A stretch of 64,000 bases of DNA from Auanema rhodensis. Lineage: Eukaryota > Animalia > Nematoda. The notes under the pieces are model-generated. The model was given only the letters and a program-made list of their open reading frames with translations. It did not search any database and had not been told where the DNA came from. The position numbers and the translations under genes are program-made. The stretch is from assembly GCA_964057225.1 (NCBI GenBank), contig OZ059900.1, forward strand, positions 15,686,001 through 15,750,000, written 5' to 3'. Shown piece by piece: positions 10,901-25,840 of the stretch (position 1 is its first letter; each line of letters starts with the position of its first letter).

Positions 10901-13900
10901 ACCCCTGTTTTTTTGTCGTGAAAGTGGAACTAGACGTTGTAGGAACAATTTTGAGCTAGGTTTCATCGGCATTGCATGAGTTTGAACACATGAAATCGTA
11001 AGTCAAAACCTTGTTTACAGCGAAATTTCCAAAAACTGGTTTTCCAGCATAATAAAATATTTCTCATGGGAAATACTGTGTTTTTGTACTTTTCTAGTGT
11101 TCAGCATGTAAAATGCTTCATTTTAGTATGTAACACGCTGAAATTCGTTGCATTTGACGACTCATATGAACAAAAATCGATTTAATCAATATTAGCCATA
11201 AGGGGCGTGCCCTCAGAATATGCTAATTTCCTTAATTTTCTAACCCCTGTTTTTTTGTCGTGAAAGTGGAACTAGACGTTGTAGGAACATTTTTGAGCTA
11301 GGTTTCATTGACATTGCATGAGTTTGAACACATGAAATCGTAAGTCAAAACCTTGTTTACAGCGAAGTTTCCAAAAACTGGTTTTCCAGCATAATAAAAT
11401 ATTTCTCATGGGAAATACTGTGTTTTTGTATTTTTCTAGTGTTCAGCATGTGAAATGCTTCATTTTAGTATGTAACACGCTGAAATTCGTTGCATTTGAC
11501 TACTCATATGAACAAAAATCGATTTAATCAATATTAGCCATAAGGGGCGTGCCCTCAGAATATGCTAATTTCCTTAATTTTCTAACCCCTGTTTTTTTGT
11601 CGTGAAAGTGGAACTAGACGTTGTACAAACAATTTTGAGCTAGGTTTCATTGACATTGCATGAGTTTGAACACATGAAATCGTAAGTCAAAACCTTGTTT
11701 ACAGCGAAATTTCCAAAAACTGGTTTTCCAGCATAATAAAATATTTCTCATGAGAAATACTGTGTTTTTGTATTTTTATAGTGTTCAGCATGTAAAATGC
11801 TTCATTTTAGTATGTAACACGCTGAAATTCGTTGCATTTGACGACTCATATGAACAAAAATCGATTTAATCAATATTAGCCATAAGGGGCGTGCCCTCAG
11901 AATATGCTAATTTCCTTAATTTTCTAACCCCTGTTTTTTTGTCGTGAAAGTGGAACTAGACGTTGTAGGAACATTTTTGAGCTAGGTTTCATTGACATTG
12001 CATGAGTTTGAACACATGAAATCGTAAGTCAAAACCTTGTTTACAGCGAAATTTCCAAAAACTGGTTTTCCAGCATAATAAAATATTTCTCATGGGAAAA
12101 ACTGTGTTTTTGTATTTTTCTAGTGTTCAGCATGTAAAATGCTTCATTTTAGTATGTAACACGCTGAAATTCGTTGCATTTGACGACTCATATGAACAAA
12201 AATCGATTTAATCAATATTAGCCATAAGGGGCGTGCCCTCAGAATATGCTAATTTCCTAAATTTTCTAACCCCTGTTTTTTTGTCGTGAAAGTGGAATTA
12301 GACGTTGTAGGAACAATTTTGAGCTAGGTTTCATTGACATTGCATGAGTTTGAACACATGAAATCGTAAGTCAAAACCTTGTTTACAGCGAAATTTCCAA
12401 AAACTGGTTTTCCAGCATAATAAAATATTTCTCATGGGAAATACTGTGTTTTTGTATTTTTCTAGTGTTCAGCATGTAAAATGCTTCATTTTAGTATGTA
12501 ACACGCTGAAATTCGTTGCATTTGACGACTCATATGAACAAAAATCGATTTAATCAATATTAGCCATAAGGGGCGTGCCCTCAGAATATGCTAATTTCCT
12601 TAATTTTCTAACCCCTGTTTTTTTGTCGTGAAAGTGGAATTAGACGTTGTAGGAACAATTTTGAGCTAGGTTTCATTGACATTGCATGAGTTTGAACACA
12701 TGAAATCGTAAGTCAAAACCTTGTTTACAGCGAAATTTCCAAAAACTGGTTTTCCAGCATAATAAAATATTTCTCATGGGAAATACTGTGTTTTTGTATT
12801 TTTCTAGTGTTCAGCATGTAAAATGCTTCATTTTAGTATGTAACACGCTGAAATTCGTTGCATTTGACGACTCATATGAACAAAAATCGATTTAATCAAT
12901 ATTAGCCATAAAGGGCGTGCCCTCAGAATATGCTAATTTCCTTAATTTTCTAACCCCTGTTTTTTTGTCGTGAAAGTGGAACTAGACGTTGTAGGAACAA
13001 TTTTGAGCTAGGTTTCATTGACATTGCATGAGTTTGAACACATGAAATCGTAAGTCAAAACCTTATTTACAGCGAAATTTCCAAAAACTGGTTTTCCAGC
13101 ATAATAAAATATTTCTCATGGGAAATACTGTGTTTTTGTATTTTTATAGTGTTCAGCATGTAAAATGCTTCATTTTAGTATGTAACACGCTGAAATTCGT
13201 TGCATTTGACGACTCATATGAACAAAAATCGATTTAATCAATATTAGCCATAAGGGGCGTGCCCTCAGAATATGCTAATTTCCTTAATTTTCTAACCCCT
13301 GTTTTTTTGTCGTGAAAGTGGAACTAGACGTTGTACAAACAATTTTGAGCTAGGTTTCATTGACATTTCATGAGTTTGAACACATGAAATCGTAAGTCAA
13401 AACCTTGTTTACAGCGAAATTTCCAAAAACTGGTTTTCCAGCATAATAAAATATTTCTCATGAGAAATACTGTGTTTTTGTATTTTTCTAGTGTTCAGCA
13501 TGTAAAATGCTTCATTTTAGTATGTAACACGCTGAAATTCGTTGCATTTGACGACTCATATGAACAAAAATCGATTTAATCAATATTAGCCATAAGGGGC
13601 GTGCCCTCAGAATATGCTAATTTCCTTAATTTTCTAACCCCTGTTTTTTGTCGTGAAAGTGGAACTAGACGTTGTAGGAACAATTTTGAGCTAGGTTTCA
13701 TTGACATTGCATGAGTTTGAACACATGAAATCGTAAGTCAAAACCTTGTTTACAGCGAAATTTCCAAAAACTGGTTTTTAAGCATAATAAAATATTTCTC
13801 ATGGGAAATACTGTGTTTTTGTATTTTTCTAGTGTTCAGCATGTAAAATGCTTCATTTTAGTATGTAACACGCTGAAATTCGTTGCATTTGACGACTCAT

Positions 13901-16900
13901 ATGAACAAAAATCGATTTAATCAATATTAGCCATAAGGGGCGTGCCCTCAGAATATGCTAATTTCCTTAATTTTCTAACCCCTGTTTTTTTGTCGTGAAA
14001 GTGGAACTAGACGTTGTACGAACAATTTTGAGCTAGGTTTCATTGACATTGCATGAGTTTGAACACATGAAATCGTAAGTCAAAACCTTGTTTACAGCGA
14101 AATTTCCAAAAACTGGTTTTCCAGCATAATAAAATATTTCTCATGGGAAATACTGTGTTTTTGTATTTTTCTAGTGTTCAGCATGTAAAATGCTTCATTT
14201 AAGTATGTAACACGCTGAAATTCGTTGCATTTGACGACTCATATGAACAAAAATCGATTTAATCAATATTAGCCATAAGGGGCGTGCCCTCAGAATATGC
14301 TAACTTCCTTAATTTTCTAACCCCTGTTTTTTTGTCGTGAAAGTGGAATTAGACGTTGTAGGAACAATTTTGAGCTAGGTTTCATTGACATTGCATGAGT
14401 TTGAACACATGAAATCGTAAGTCAAAACCTTGTTTACAGCGAAATTTCCAAAAACTGGTTTTCCAGCATAATAAAATATTTCTCATGGGAAATACTGTGT
14501 TTTTGTATTTTTCTAGTGTTCAGCATGTAAAATGCTTCATTTTAGTATGTAACACGCTGAAATTCGTTGCATTTGACGACTCATATGAACAAAAATCGAT
14601 TTAATCAATATTAGCCATAAGGGGCGTGCCCTCAGAATATGCTGATTTCCTTAATTTTCTAACCCCTGTTTTTTTGTCGTGAAAGTGGAACTAGACGTTG
14701 TAGGAACAATTTTGAGCTAGGTTTCATTGACATTGCATGAGTTTGAACACATGAAATCGTAAGTCAAAACCTTGTTTACAGCGAAATTTCCAAAAACTGG
14801 TTTTCCAGCATAATAAAATATTTCTCATGGGAAATACTGTGTTTTTGTATTTTTCTAGTGTTCAGCATGTAAAATGCTTCATTTTAGTATGTAACACGCT
14901 GAAATTCGTTGCATTTGACGACTCATATGAACAAAAATCGATGTAATCAATATTAGCCATAAGGGGCGTGCCCTCAGAATATGCTAACTTCCTTAATTTT
15001 CTAACCCCTGTTTTTTTGTCGTGAAAGTGGAACTAGACGTTGTACGAACAATTTTGAGCTAGGTTTCATTGACATTGCATGAGTTTGAACACATGAAATC
15101 GTAAGTCAAAACCTTGTTTACAGCGAAATTTCCAAAAACTGGTTTTCCAGCATAATAAAATATTTCTCATGGGAAATATTGTGTTTTTGTATTTTTCTAG
15201 TGTTCAGCATGTAAAATGCTTCATTTTAGTATGTAACACGCTGAAATTCGTTGCATTTGACGACTCATATGAACAAAAATCGATTTAATCAATATTAGCC
15301 ATAAAGGGCGTGCCCTCAGAATATGCTAATTTCCTTAATTTTCTAACCCCTGTTTTTTTGTCGTGAAAGTGGAACTAGACGTTGTAGGAACAATTTTGAG
15401 CTAGGTTTCATTGACATTGCATGAGTTTGAACACATGAAATCGTAAGTCAAAACCTTGTTTACAGCGAAATTTCCAAAAACTGGTTTTCCAGCATAATAA
15501 AATATTTCTCATGGGAAATACTGTGTTTTTGTATTTTTATAGTGTTCAGCATGTAAAATGCTTCATTTTAGTATGTAACACGCTGAAATTCGTTGCATTT
15601 GACGACTCATATGAACAAAAATCGATTTAATCAATATTAGCCATAAGGGGCGTGCCCTCAGAATATGCTAATTTCCTTAATTTTCTAACCCCTGTTTTTT
15701 TGTCGTGAAAGTGGAACTAGACGTTGTACAAACAATTATGAGCTAGGTTTCATTGACATTGCATGAGTTTGAACACATGAAATCGTAAGTCAAAACCTTG
15801 TTTACAGCGAAATTTCCAAAAACTGGTTTTCCAGCATAATAAAATATTTCTCATAGGAAATACTGTGTTTTTGTATTTTTCTAGTGTTCAGCATGTAAAA
15901 TGCTTCATTTTAGTATGTAACACGCTGAAATTCGTTGCATTTGACGACTCATATGAACAAAAATCGATTTAATCAATATTAGCCATAAGGGGCGTGCCCT
16001 CAGAATATGCTAATTTCCTTAATTTTCTAACCCCTGTTTTTTTGTCGTGAAAGTGGAACTAGACGTTGTACAAACAATTTTGAGCTAGGTTTCATTGACA
16101 TTGCATGAGTTTGAACACATGAAATCGTAAGTCAAAACCTTGTTTACAGCGAAATTTCCAAAAACTGGTTTTCCAGCATAATAAAATATTTCTCATGAGA
16201 AATACTGTGTTTTTGTATTTTTCTAGTGTTCAGCATGTAAAATGCTTCATTTTAGTATGTAACACGCTGAAATTCGTTGCATTTGACGACTCATATGAAC
16301 AAAAATCGATTTAATCAATATTAGCCATAAGAGGCGTGCCCTCAGAATATGCTAATTTCCTTAATTTTCTAACCCCTGTTTTTTTGTCGTGAAAGTGGAA
16401 CCAGACGTTGTACATACAATTTTGAGCTAGGTTTCATTGACATTGCATGAGTTTGAACACATGAAATCGTAAGTCAAAACCTTGTTTACAGCGAAATTTC
16501 CAAAAACTGGTTTTCCAGCATAATAAAATATTTCTCATGGGAAATACTGTGTTTTTGTATTTTTCTAGTGTTCAGCATGTAAAATGCTTCATTTTAGTAT
16601 GTAACACGCTGAAATATGTTGCATTTGACGACTCATATGAACAAAAATCGATTTAATCAATATTAGCCATAAGGGGCGTGCCCTCAGAATATGCTAATTT
16701 CCTTAATTTTCTAACCCCTGTTTTTTTGTCGTGAAAGTGGAACTAGACGTTGTACAAACAATTTTGAGCTAGGTTTCATTGACATTGCATGAGTTTGAAC
16801 ACATGAAATCGTAAGTCAAAACCTTGTTTACAGCGAAATTTCCAAAAACTGGTTTTCCAGCATAATAAAATATTTCTCATGAGAAATACTGTGTTTTTGT

Positions 16901-19630
16901 ATTTTTCTAGTGTTCAGCATGTAAAATGCTTCATTTTAGTATGTAACAGGCTGAAATTCGTTGCATTTGACGACTCATATGAACAAAAATCGATTTAATC
17001 AATATTAGCCATAAGGGGCGTGCCCTCAGAATATGCTAATTTCCTTAATTTTCTAACCCCTGTTTTTTTGTCGTGAAAGTGGAACCAGACGTTGTACATA
17101 CAATTTTGAGCTAGGTTTCATTGACATTGCATGAGTTTGAACACATGAAATCGTAAGTCAAAACCTTGTTTACAGCGAAATTTCCAAAAACTGGTTTTCC
17201 AGCATAATAAAATATTTCTCATGGGAAATACTGTGTTTTTGTATTTTTCTAGTGTTCAGCATGTAAAATGCTTCATTTTAGTATGTAACACGCTGAAATT
17301 CGTTGCATTTGACGACTCATATGAACAAAAATCGATTTAATCAATATTAGCCATAAGGGGCGTGCCCTCAGAATATGCTAATTTCCTTAATTTTCTAACC
17401 CCTGTTTTTTGTCGTGAAAGTGGAACTAGACGTTGTAGGAACAATTTTGAGCTAGGTTTCATTGACATTGCATGAGTTTGAACACATGAAATCGTAAGTC
17501 AAAACCTTGTTTACAGCGAAATTTCCAAAAACTGGTTTTCCAGCATAATAAAATATTTCTCATGGGAAATACTGTGTTTTTGTATTTTTATAGTGTTCAG
17601 CATGTAAAATGCTTCATTTTAGTATGTAACACGCTGAAATTCGTTGCATTTGACGACTCATATGAACAAAAATCGATTTAATCAATATTAGCCATAAGGG
17701 GCGTGCCCTCAGAATATGCTAATTTCCTTAATTTTCTAACCCCTGTTTTTTTGTCGTGAAAGTGTAACTAGACGTTGTACGAACAATTTTGAGCTAGGTT
17801 TCATTGACATTGCATGAGTTTGAACACATGAAATCGTAAGTCAAAACCTTGTTTACAGCGAAATTTCCAAAAACTGGTTTTCCAGCATAATAAAATATTT
17901 CTCATGGGAAATACTGTGTTTTTGTAATTTTATAGTGTTCAGCATGTAAAATGCTTCATTTTAGTATGTAACACGCTGAAATTCGTTGCATTTGACGACT
18001 CATATGAACAAAAATCGATTTAATCAATATTAGCCATAAGAGGCGTGCGCTCAGAATATGCTAATTTCCTTAATTTTCTAACCCCTGTTTTTTTGTCGTG
18101 AAAGTGGAACTAGACGTTGTAGGAACAATTTTGAGCTAGGTTTCATTGACATTGCATGAGTTTGAACACATGAAATCGTAAGTCAAAACCTTGTTTACAG
18201 CGAAATTTCCAAAAACTGGTTTTCCAGCATAATAAAATATTTCTCATGGGAAATACTGTGTTTTTGTATTTTTCTAGTGTTCAGCATGTAAAATGCTTCA
18301 TTTTAGTATGTAACACGCTGAAATTCGTTGCATTTGACGACTCATATGAACAAAAATCGATTTAATCAATATTAGCCATAAGGGGCGTGCCCTCAGAATA
18401 TGCTAATTTCCTTAATTTTCTAACCCCTGTTTTTTGTCGTGAAAGTGGAACTAGACGTTGTAGGAACAATTTTGAGCTAGGTTTCATTGACATTGCATGA
18501 GTTTGAACACATGAAATCGTAAGTCAAAACCTTGTTTACAGCGAAATTTCCAAAAACTGGTTTTCCAGCATAATAAAATATTTCTCATGGGAAATACTGT
18601 GTTTTTGTATTGTTATAGTGTTCAGCATGTAAAATGCTTCATTTTAGTATGTAACACGCTGAAATTCGTTGCATTTGACGACTCATATGAACAAAAATCG
18701 ATTTAATCAATATTAGCCATAAGGGGCGTGCCCTCAGAATATGCTAATTTCCTTAATTTTCTAACCCCTGTTTTTTGTCGTGAAAGTGGAACTAGACGTT
18801 GTAGGAACAACTTTGAGCTAGGTTTCATTGACATTGCATGAGTTTGAACACATGAAATCGTAAGTCAAAACACTGTTTACAGCGAAATTTCCAAAAACTG
18901 GTTTTCCAGCATAATAAAATATTTCTCATGGGAAATACTGTGTTTTTGTATTTTTCTATTGTTCAGCATGTAAAATGCTTCATTTTAGTATGTAACACGC
19001 TGAAATTCGTTGCATTTGACGACTCATATGAACAAAAATCGATTTAATCAATATTAGCCATAAGGGGCGTGCCCTCAGAATATGCTAATTTCCTTAATTT
19101 TCTAACCCCTGTTTTTTGTCGTGAAAGTGGAACTAGACGTTGTAGGAACAATTTTGAGCTAGGTTTCATTGACATTGCATGAGTTTGAACACATGAAATC
19201 GTAAGTCAAAACCTTGTTTACAGCGAAATTTCCAAAAACTGGTTTTCCAGCATAATAAAATATTTCTCATGGGAAATACTGTGTTTTTGTATTTTTATAG
19301 TGTTCAGCATGTAAAATGCTTCATTTTAGTATGTAACACGCTGAAATTCGTTTCATTTGACGACTCATATGAACAAAAATCGATTTAATCAATATTAGCC
19401 ATAAGGGGCGTGCCCTCAGAATATGCTAATTTCCTTAATTTTCTAACCCCTGTTTTTTTGTCGTGAAAGTGGAATTAGACGTTGTAGAAACAATTTTGAG
19501 CTAGGTTTCATTGACATTGCATGAGTTTGAACACATGAAATCGTAAGTCAAAACCTTGTTTACAGCGAAATTTCCAAAAACTGGTTTTCCAGCATAATAA
19601 AATATTTCTCATGGGAAATACTGTGTTTTT

Positions 19631-19642
19631 GTATTTATTTTT
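19631..19642 (+). other. 4 bp slippage insertion (346 bp monomer)
   Basis: GTATTTATTTTTCTAG here versus consensus GTATTTTTCTAG. Confidence 0.9.
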
Positions 19643-21199
19643 CTAGTGTTCAGCATGTGAAATGCTTCATTTTAGTATGTAACACGCTGAAATTCGTTGC
19701 ATTTGACGACTCATATGAACAAAAATCGATTTAATCAATATTAGCCATAAAGGGCGTGCCCTCAGAATATGCTAATTTCCTTAATTTTCTAACCCCTGTT
19801 TTTTTGTCGTGAAAGTGGAACTAGACGTTGTAGGAACAATTTTGAGCTAGGTTTCATTGACATTGCATGAGTTTGAACACATGAAATCGTAAGTCAAAAC
19901 CTTGTTTACAGCGAAATTTCCAAAAACTGGTTTTCCAGCATAATAAAATATTTCTCATGGGAAATACTGTGTTTTTGTATTTTTCTAGTGTTCAGCATGT
20001 AAAATGCTTCATTTTAGTATGTAACACGCTGAAATTCGTTGCATTTGACGACTCATATGAACAAAAATCGATTTAATCAATATTAGCCATAAGGGGCGTG
20101 CCCTCAGAATATGCTAATTTCCTTAATTTTCTAACCCCTGTTTTTTTGTCGTGAAAGTGGAACTAGACGTTGTACGAACAATTTTGAGCTAGGTTTCATT
20201 GACATTGCATGAGTTTGAACACATGAAATCGTAAGTCAAAACCTTGTTTACAGCGAAATTTCCAAAAACTGGTTTTCCAGCATAATAAAATATTTCTCAT
20301 GGGAAATACTGTGTTTTTGTATTTTTCTAGTGTTCAGCATGTAAAATGCTTCATTTTAGTATGTAACACGCTGAAATTCGTTGCATTTGACGACTCATAT
20401 GAACAAAAATCGATTTAATCAATATTAGCCATAAAGGGCGTGCCCTCAGAATATGCTAATTTCCTTAATTTTCTAACCCCTGTTTTTTTGTCGTGAAAGT
20501 GGAACTAGACATTGTATTAACAATTTTGAGCTAGGTTTCATTGACATTGCATGAGTTTGAACACATGAAATCGTAAGTCAAAACCTTGTTTACAGCGAAA
20601 TTTCCAAAAACTGGTTTTCCAGCATAATAAAATATTTCTCATGGGTATTACTGTGTTTTTGTATTTTCCTAGTGTTCAGCATGTAAAATGCTTCATTTTA
20701 GTATGTAACACGCTGAAATTCGTTGCATTTGACGACTCATATGAACAAAAATCGATTTAATCAATATTAGCCATAAGGGGCGTGCCCTCAGAATATGCTA
20801 ATTTCCTTAATTTTCTAACTCCTGTTTTTTTGTCGTGAAAGTGGAACTAGACGTTGTACGAACAATTTTGAGCTAGGTTTCATTGACATTGCATGAGTTT
20901 GAACACATGAAATCGTAAGTCAAAACCTTGTTTACAGCGAAATTTCCAAAAACTGGTTTTCCAGCATAATAAAATATTTCTCATGGGAAATACTGTGTTT
21001 TTGTATTTTTCTAGTGTTCAGCATATAAAATGCTTCATTTTAGTATGTAACACGCTGAAATTCGTTGCATTTGACGACTCATATGAACAAAAATCGATTT
21101 AATCAATATTAGCCATAAGGGGCGTGCCCTCAGAATATGCTAATTTCCTTAATTTTCTAACCCCTGTTTTTTTGTCGTGAAAGTGGAACCAGACGTTGT

Positions 21200-23400
21200 A
21201 CATACAATTTTGAGCTAGGTTTCATTGACATTGCATGAGTTTGAACACATGAAATCGTAAGTCAAAACCTTGTTTACAGCGAAATTTCCAAAAACTGGTT
21301 TTCCAGCATAATAAAATATTTCTCATGGGAAATACTGTGTTTTTGTATTTTTCTAGTGTTCAGCATGTGAAATGCTTCATTTTAGTATGTAACACGCTGA
21401 AATTCGTTGCATTTGACGACTCATATGAACAAAAATCGATTTAATCAATATTAGCCATAAAGGGCGTGCCCTCAGAATATGCTAATTTCCTTAATTTTCT
21501 AACCCCTGTTTTTTTGTCGTGAAAGTGGAACTAGACGTTGTAGGAACAATTTTGAGCTAGGTTTCATTGACATTGCATGAGTTTGAACACATGAAATCGT
21601 AAGTCAAAACCTTGTTTACAGCGAAATTTCCAAAAACTGGTTTTCCAGCATAATGAAATATTTCTCATGGGAAATACTGTGTTTTTGTATTTTTCTAGTG
21701 TTCAGCATGTAAAATGCTTCATTTTAGTATGTAACACGCTGAAATTCGTTGCATTTGACGACTCATATGAACAAAAATCGATTTAATCAATATTAGCCAT
21801 AAGGGGCGTGCCCTCAGAATATGCTAATTTCCTTAATTTTCTAACCCCTGTTTTTTTGTCGTGAAAGTGGAACTAGACGTTGTACGAACAATTTTGAGCT
21901 AGGTTTCATTGACATTGCATGAGTTTGAACACATGAAATCGTAAGTCAAAACCTTGTTTACAGCGAAATTTCCAAAAACTGGTTTTCCAGCATAATAAAA
22001 TATTTCTCATGGGAAATACTGTGTTTTTGTATTTTTCTAGTGTTCAGCATGTAAAATGCTTCATTTTAGTATGTAACACGCTGAAATTCGTTGCATTTGA
22101 CGACTCATATGAACAAAAATCGATTTAATCAATATTAGCCATAAGGGGCGTGCCCTCAGAATATGCTAATTTCCTTAATTTTCTAACCCCTGTTTTTTTG
22201 TCGTGAAAGTGGAACTAGACGTTGTACGAACAATTTTGAGCTGGGTTTCATTGACATTGCATGAGTTTGAACACATGAAATCGTAAGTCAAAACCTTGTT
22301 TACAGCGAAATTTCCAAAAACTGGTTTTCCAGCATAATAAAATATTTCTCATGGGAAATACTGTGTTTTTGTATTTTTCTAGTGTTCAGCATGTGAAATG
22401 CTTCATTTTAGTATGTAACACGCTGAAATTCGTTGCATTTGACGACTCATATGAACAAAAATCGATTTAATCAATATTAGCCATAAAGGGCGTGCCCTCA
22501 GAATATGCTAATTTCCTTAATTTTCTAACCCCTGTTTTTTTGTCGTGAAAGTGGAACTAGACGTTGTAGGAACAATTTTGAGCTAGGTTTCATTGACATT
22601 GCATGAGTTTGAACACATGAAATCGTAAGTCAAAACCTTGTTTACAGCGAAATTTCCAAAAACTGGTTTTCCAGCATAATGAAATATTTCTCATGGGAAA
22701 TACTGTGTTTTTGTATTTTTCTAGTGTTCAGCATGTAAAATGCTTCATTTTAGTATGTAACACGCTGAAATTCGTTGCATTTGACGACTCATATGAACAA
22801 AAATCGATTTAATCAATATTAGCCATAAGGGGCGTGCCCTCAGAATATGCTAATTTCCTTAATTTTCTAACCCCTGTTTTTTTGTCGTGAAAGTGGAACT
22901 AGACGTTGTACGAACAATTTTGAGCTAGGTTTCATTGACATTGCATGAGTTTGAACACATGAAATCGTAAGTCAAAACCTTGTTTACAGCGAAATTTCCA
23001 AAAACTGGTTTTCCAGCATAATAAAATATTTCTCATGGGAAATACTGTGTTTTTGTATTTTTCTAGTGTTCAGCATGTAAAATGCTTCATTTTAGTATGT
23101 AACACGCTGAAATTCGTTGCATTTGACGACTCATATGAACAAAAATCGATTTAATCAATATTAGCCATAAGGGGCGTGCCCTCAGAATATGCTAATTTCC
23201 TTAATTTTCTAACCCCTGTTTTTTTGTCGTGAAAGTGGAACTAGACGTTGTACGAACAATTTTGAGCTGGGTTTCATTGACATTGCATGAGTTTGAACAC
23301 ATGAAATCGTAAGTCAAAACCTTGTTTACAGCGAAATTTCCAAAAACTGGTTTTCCAGCATAATAAAATATTTCTCATGGGAAATACTGTGTTTTTGTAT
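21200..23400 (+). repeat. Tandem 3-monomer (1,026 bp) duplication
   Basis: Markers recur at +1,026: CATGTGAA at about 21364/22390; TAAAGGGCG at about 21458/22484; TAATGAAATA at about 21651/22677; GCTGGGTTTC at about 22240/23266. Confidence 0.85.
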
Positions 23401-25759
23401 TTTTCTAGTGTTCAGCATGTAAAATGCTTCATTTTAGTATGTAACACGCTGAAATTCGTTGCATTTGACGACTCATATGAACAAAAATCGATTTAATCAA
23501 TATTAGCCATAAGGGGCGTGCCCTCAGAATATGCTAATTTCCTTAATTTTCTAACCCCTGTTTTTTAGTCGTGAAAGTGGAACTAGACGTTGTACGAACA
23601 ATTTTGAGCTAGGTTTCATTGACATTGCATGAGTTTGAACACATGAAATCGTAAGTCAAAACCTTGTTTACAGCGAAATTTCCAAAAACTGGTTTTCCAG
23701 CATAATAAAATATTTCTCATGGGAAATACTGTGTTTTTGTATTTTTCTAGTGTTCAGCATGTAAAATGCTTCATTTTAGTATGTAACACGCTGAAATTCG
23801 TTGCATTTGACGACTCATATGAACAAAAATCGATTTAATCAATATTAGCCATAAAGGGCGTGCCCTCAGAATATGCTAATTTCCTTAATTTTCTAACCCC
23901 TGTTTTTTTGTCGTGAAAGTGGAACTAGACATTGTATTAACAATTTTGAGCTAGGTTTCATTGACATTGCATGAGTTTGAACACATGAAATCGTAAGTCA
24001 AAACCTTGTTTACAGCGAAATTTCCAAAAACTGGTTTTCCAGCATAATAAAATATTTCTCATGGGTATTACTGTGTTTTTGTATTTTTCTAGTGTTCAGC
24101 ATGTAAAATGCTTCATTTTAGTATGTAACACGCTGAAATTCGTTGCATTTGACGACTCATATGAACAAAAATCGATTTAATCAATATTAGCCATAAGGGG
24201 CGTGCCCTCAGAATATGCTAATTTCCTTAATTTTCTAACTCCTGTTTTTTTGTCGTGAAAGTGGAACTAGACGTTGTACGAACAATTTTGAGCTAGGTTT
24301 CATTGACATTGCATGAGTTTGAACACATGAAATCGTAAGTCAAAACCTTGTTTACAGCGAAATTTCCAAAAACTGGTTTTCCAGCATAATAAAATATTTC
24401 TCATGGGAAATACTGTGTTTTTGTATTTTTCTAGTGTTCAGCATGTAAAATGCTTCATTTTAGTATGTAACACGCTGAAATTCGTTGCATTTGACGACTC
24501 ATATGAACAAAAATCGATTTAATCAATATTAGCCATAAGGGGCGTGCCCTCAGAATATGCTAATTTCCTTAATTTTCTAACCCCTGTTTTTTTGTCGTGA
24601 AAGTGGAACTAGACGTTGTAGGAACAATTTTGAGCTAGGTTTCATTGACATTGCATGAGTTTGAACACATGAAATCGTAAGTCAAAACCTTGTTTACAGC
24701 GAAATTTCCAAAAACTGGTTTTCCAGCATAATGAAATATTTCTCATGGGAAATACTGTGTTTTTGTATTTTTTTAGTGTTCAGCATGTAAAATGCTTCAT
24801 TTTAGTATGTAACACGCTGAAATTCGTTGCATTTGACGACTCATATGAACAAAAATCGATTTAATCAATATTAGCCATAAGGGGCGTGCCCTCAGAATAT
24901 GCTAATTTCCTTAATTTTCTAACCCCTGTTTTTTTGTCGTGAAAGTGGAACTAGACGTTGTACGAACAATTTTGAGCTAGGTTTCATTGACATTGCATGA
25001 GTTTGAACACATGAAATCGTAAGTCAAAACCTTGTTTACAGCGAAATTTCCAAAAACTGGTTTTCCAGCATAATAAAATATTTCTCATGGGAAATACTGT
25101 GTTTTTGTATTTTTCTAGTGTTCAGCATGTAAAATGCTTCATTTTAGTATGTAACACGCTGAAATTCGTTGCATTTGACGACTCATATGAACAAAAATCG
25201 ATTTAATCAATATTAGCCATAAGGGGCGTGCCCTCAGAATATGCTAATTTCCTTAATTTTCTAACCCCTGTTTTTTTGTCGTGAAAGTGGAACTAGACGT
25301 TGTACGAACAATTTTGAGCTAGGTTTCATTGACATTGCATGAGTTTGAACACATGAAATCGTAAGTCAAAACCTTGTTTACAGCGAAATTTCCAAAAACT
25401 GGTTTTCCAGCATAATAAAATATTTCTCATGGGAAATACTGTGTTTTTGTATTTTTCTAGTGTTCAGCATGTAAAATGCTTCATTTTAGTATGTAACACG
25501 CTGAAATTCGTTGCATTTGACGACTCATATGAACAAAAATCGATTTAATCAATATTAGCCATAAAGGGCGTGCCCTCAGAATATGCTAATTTCCTTAATT
25601 TTCTAACCCCTGTTTTTTTGTCGTGAAAGTGGAACTAGACATTGTATTAACAATTTTGAGCTAGGTTTCATTGACATTGCATGAGTTTGAACACATGAAA
25701 TCGTAAGTCAAAACCTTGTTTACAGCGAAATTTCCAAAAACTGGTTTTCCAGCATAATA

Positions 25760-25840
25760 AAATATGTAAAATGCTTCATTTTAGTATGTAACACGCTGAA
25801 AAACAGGGGTTAGAAAACAAAAAAACAGGGGTTAGAAAAT
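25760..25840. other. Inversion (strand-switch) junction with a 47 bp deletion and a duplication of about 19 bp
   Basis: CATAATAAAATAT is joined to GTAAAATGC, removing monomer positions 304-342 and 1-8 (AT microhomology). ACACGCTGAAA then joins the inverted AAAAACAGGGGTTAGAAAA (AAA overlap), followed by a second CAAAAAAACAGGGGTTAGAAAA. Confidence 0.95.

Larger units (their letters stand above)
1..25801 (+). repeat. Satellite array, left arm: about 75 head-to-tail 342 bp monomers (orientation arbitrarily called +); open at the window start
   Basis: TTCAGCATGTAAAATGCTTC starts at 1 and recurs at 343, then every 342 bp (occasionally 341, 346 or 159). The monomer is about 115/342 G+C. Copies differ by a few substitutions. 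Confidence 0.99.

Noticed and set aside
25804-25836. Telomere-like GGGGTTAG duplicated at the junction (telomerase healing)
   Set aside because: The motif is native to every monomer and is duplicated with its satellite flanks; there is no tandem TTAGGG or TTAGG run.
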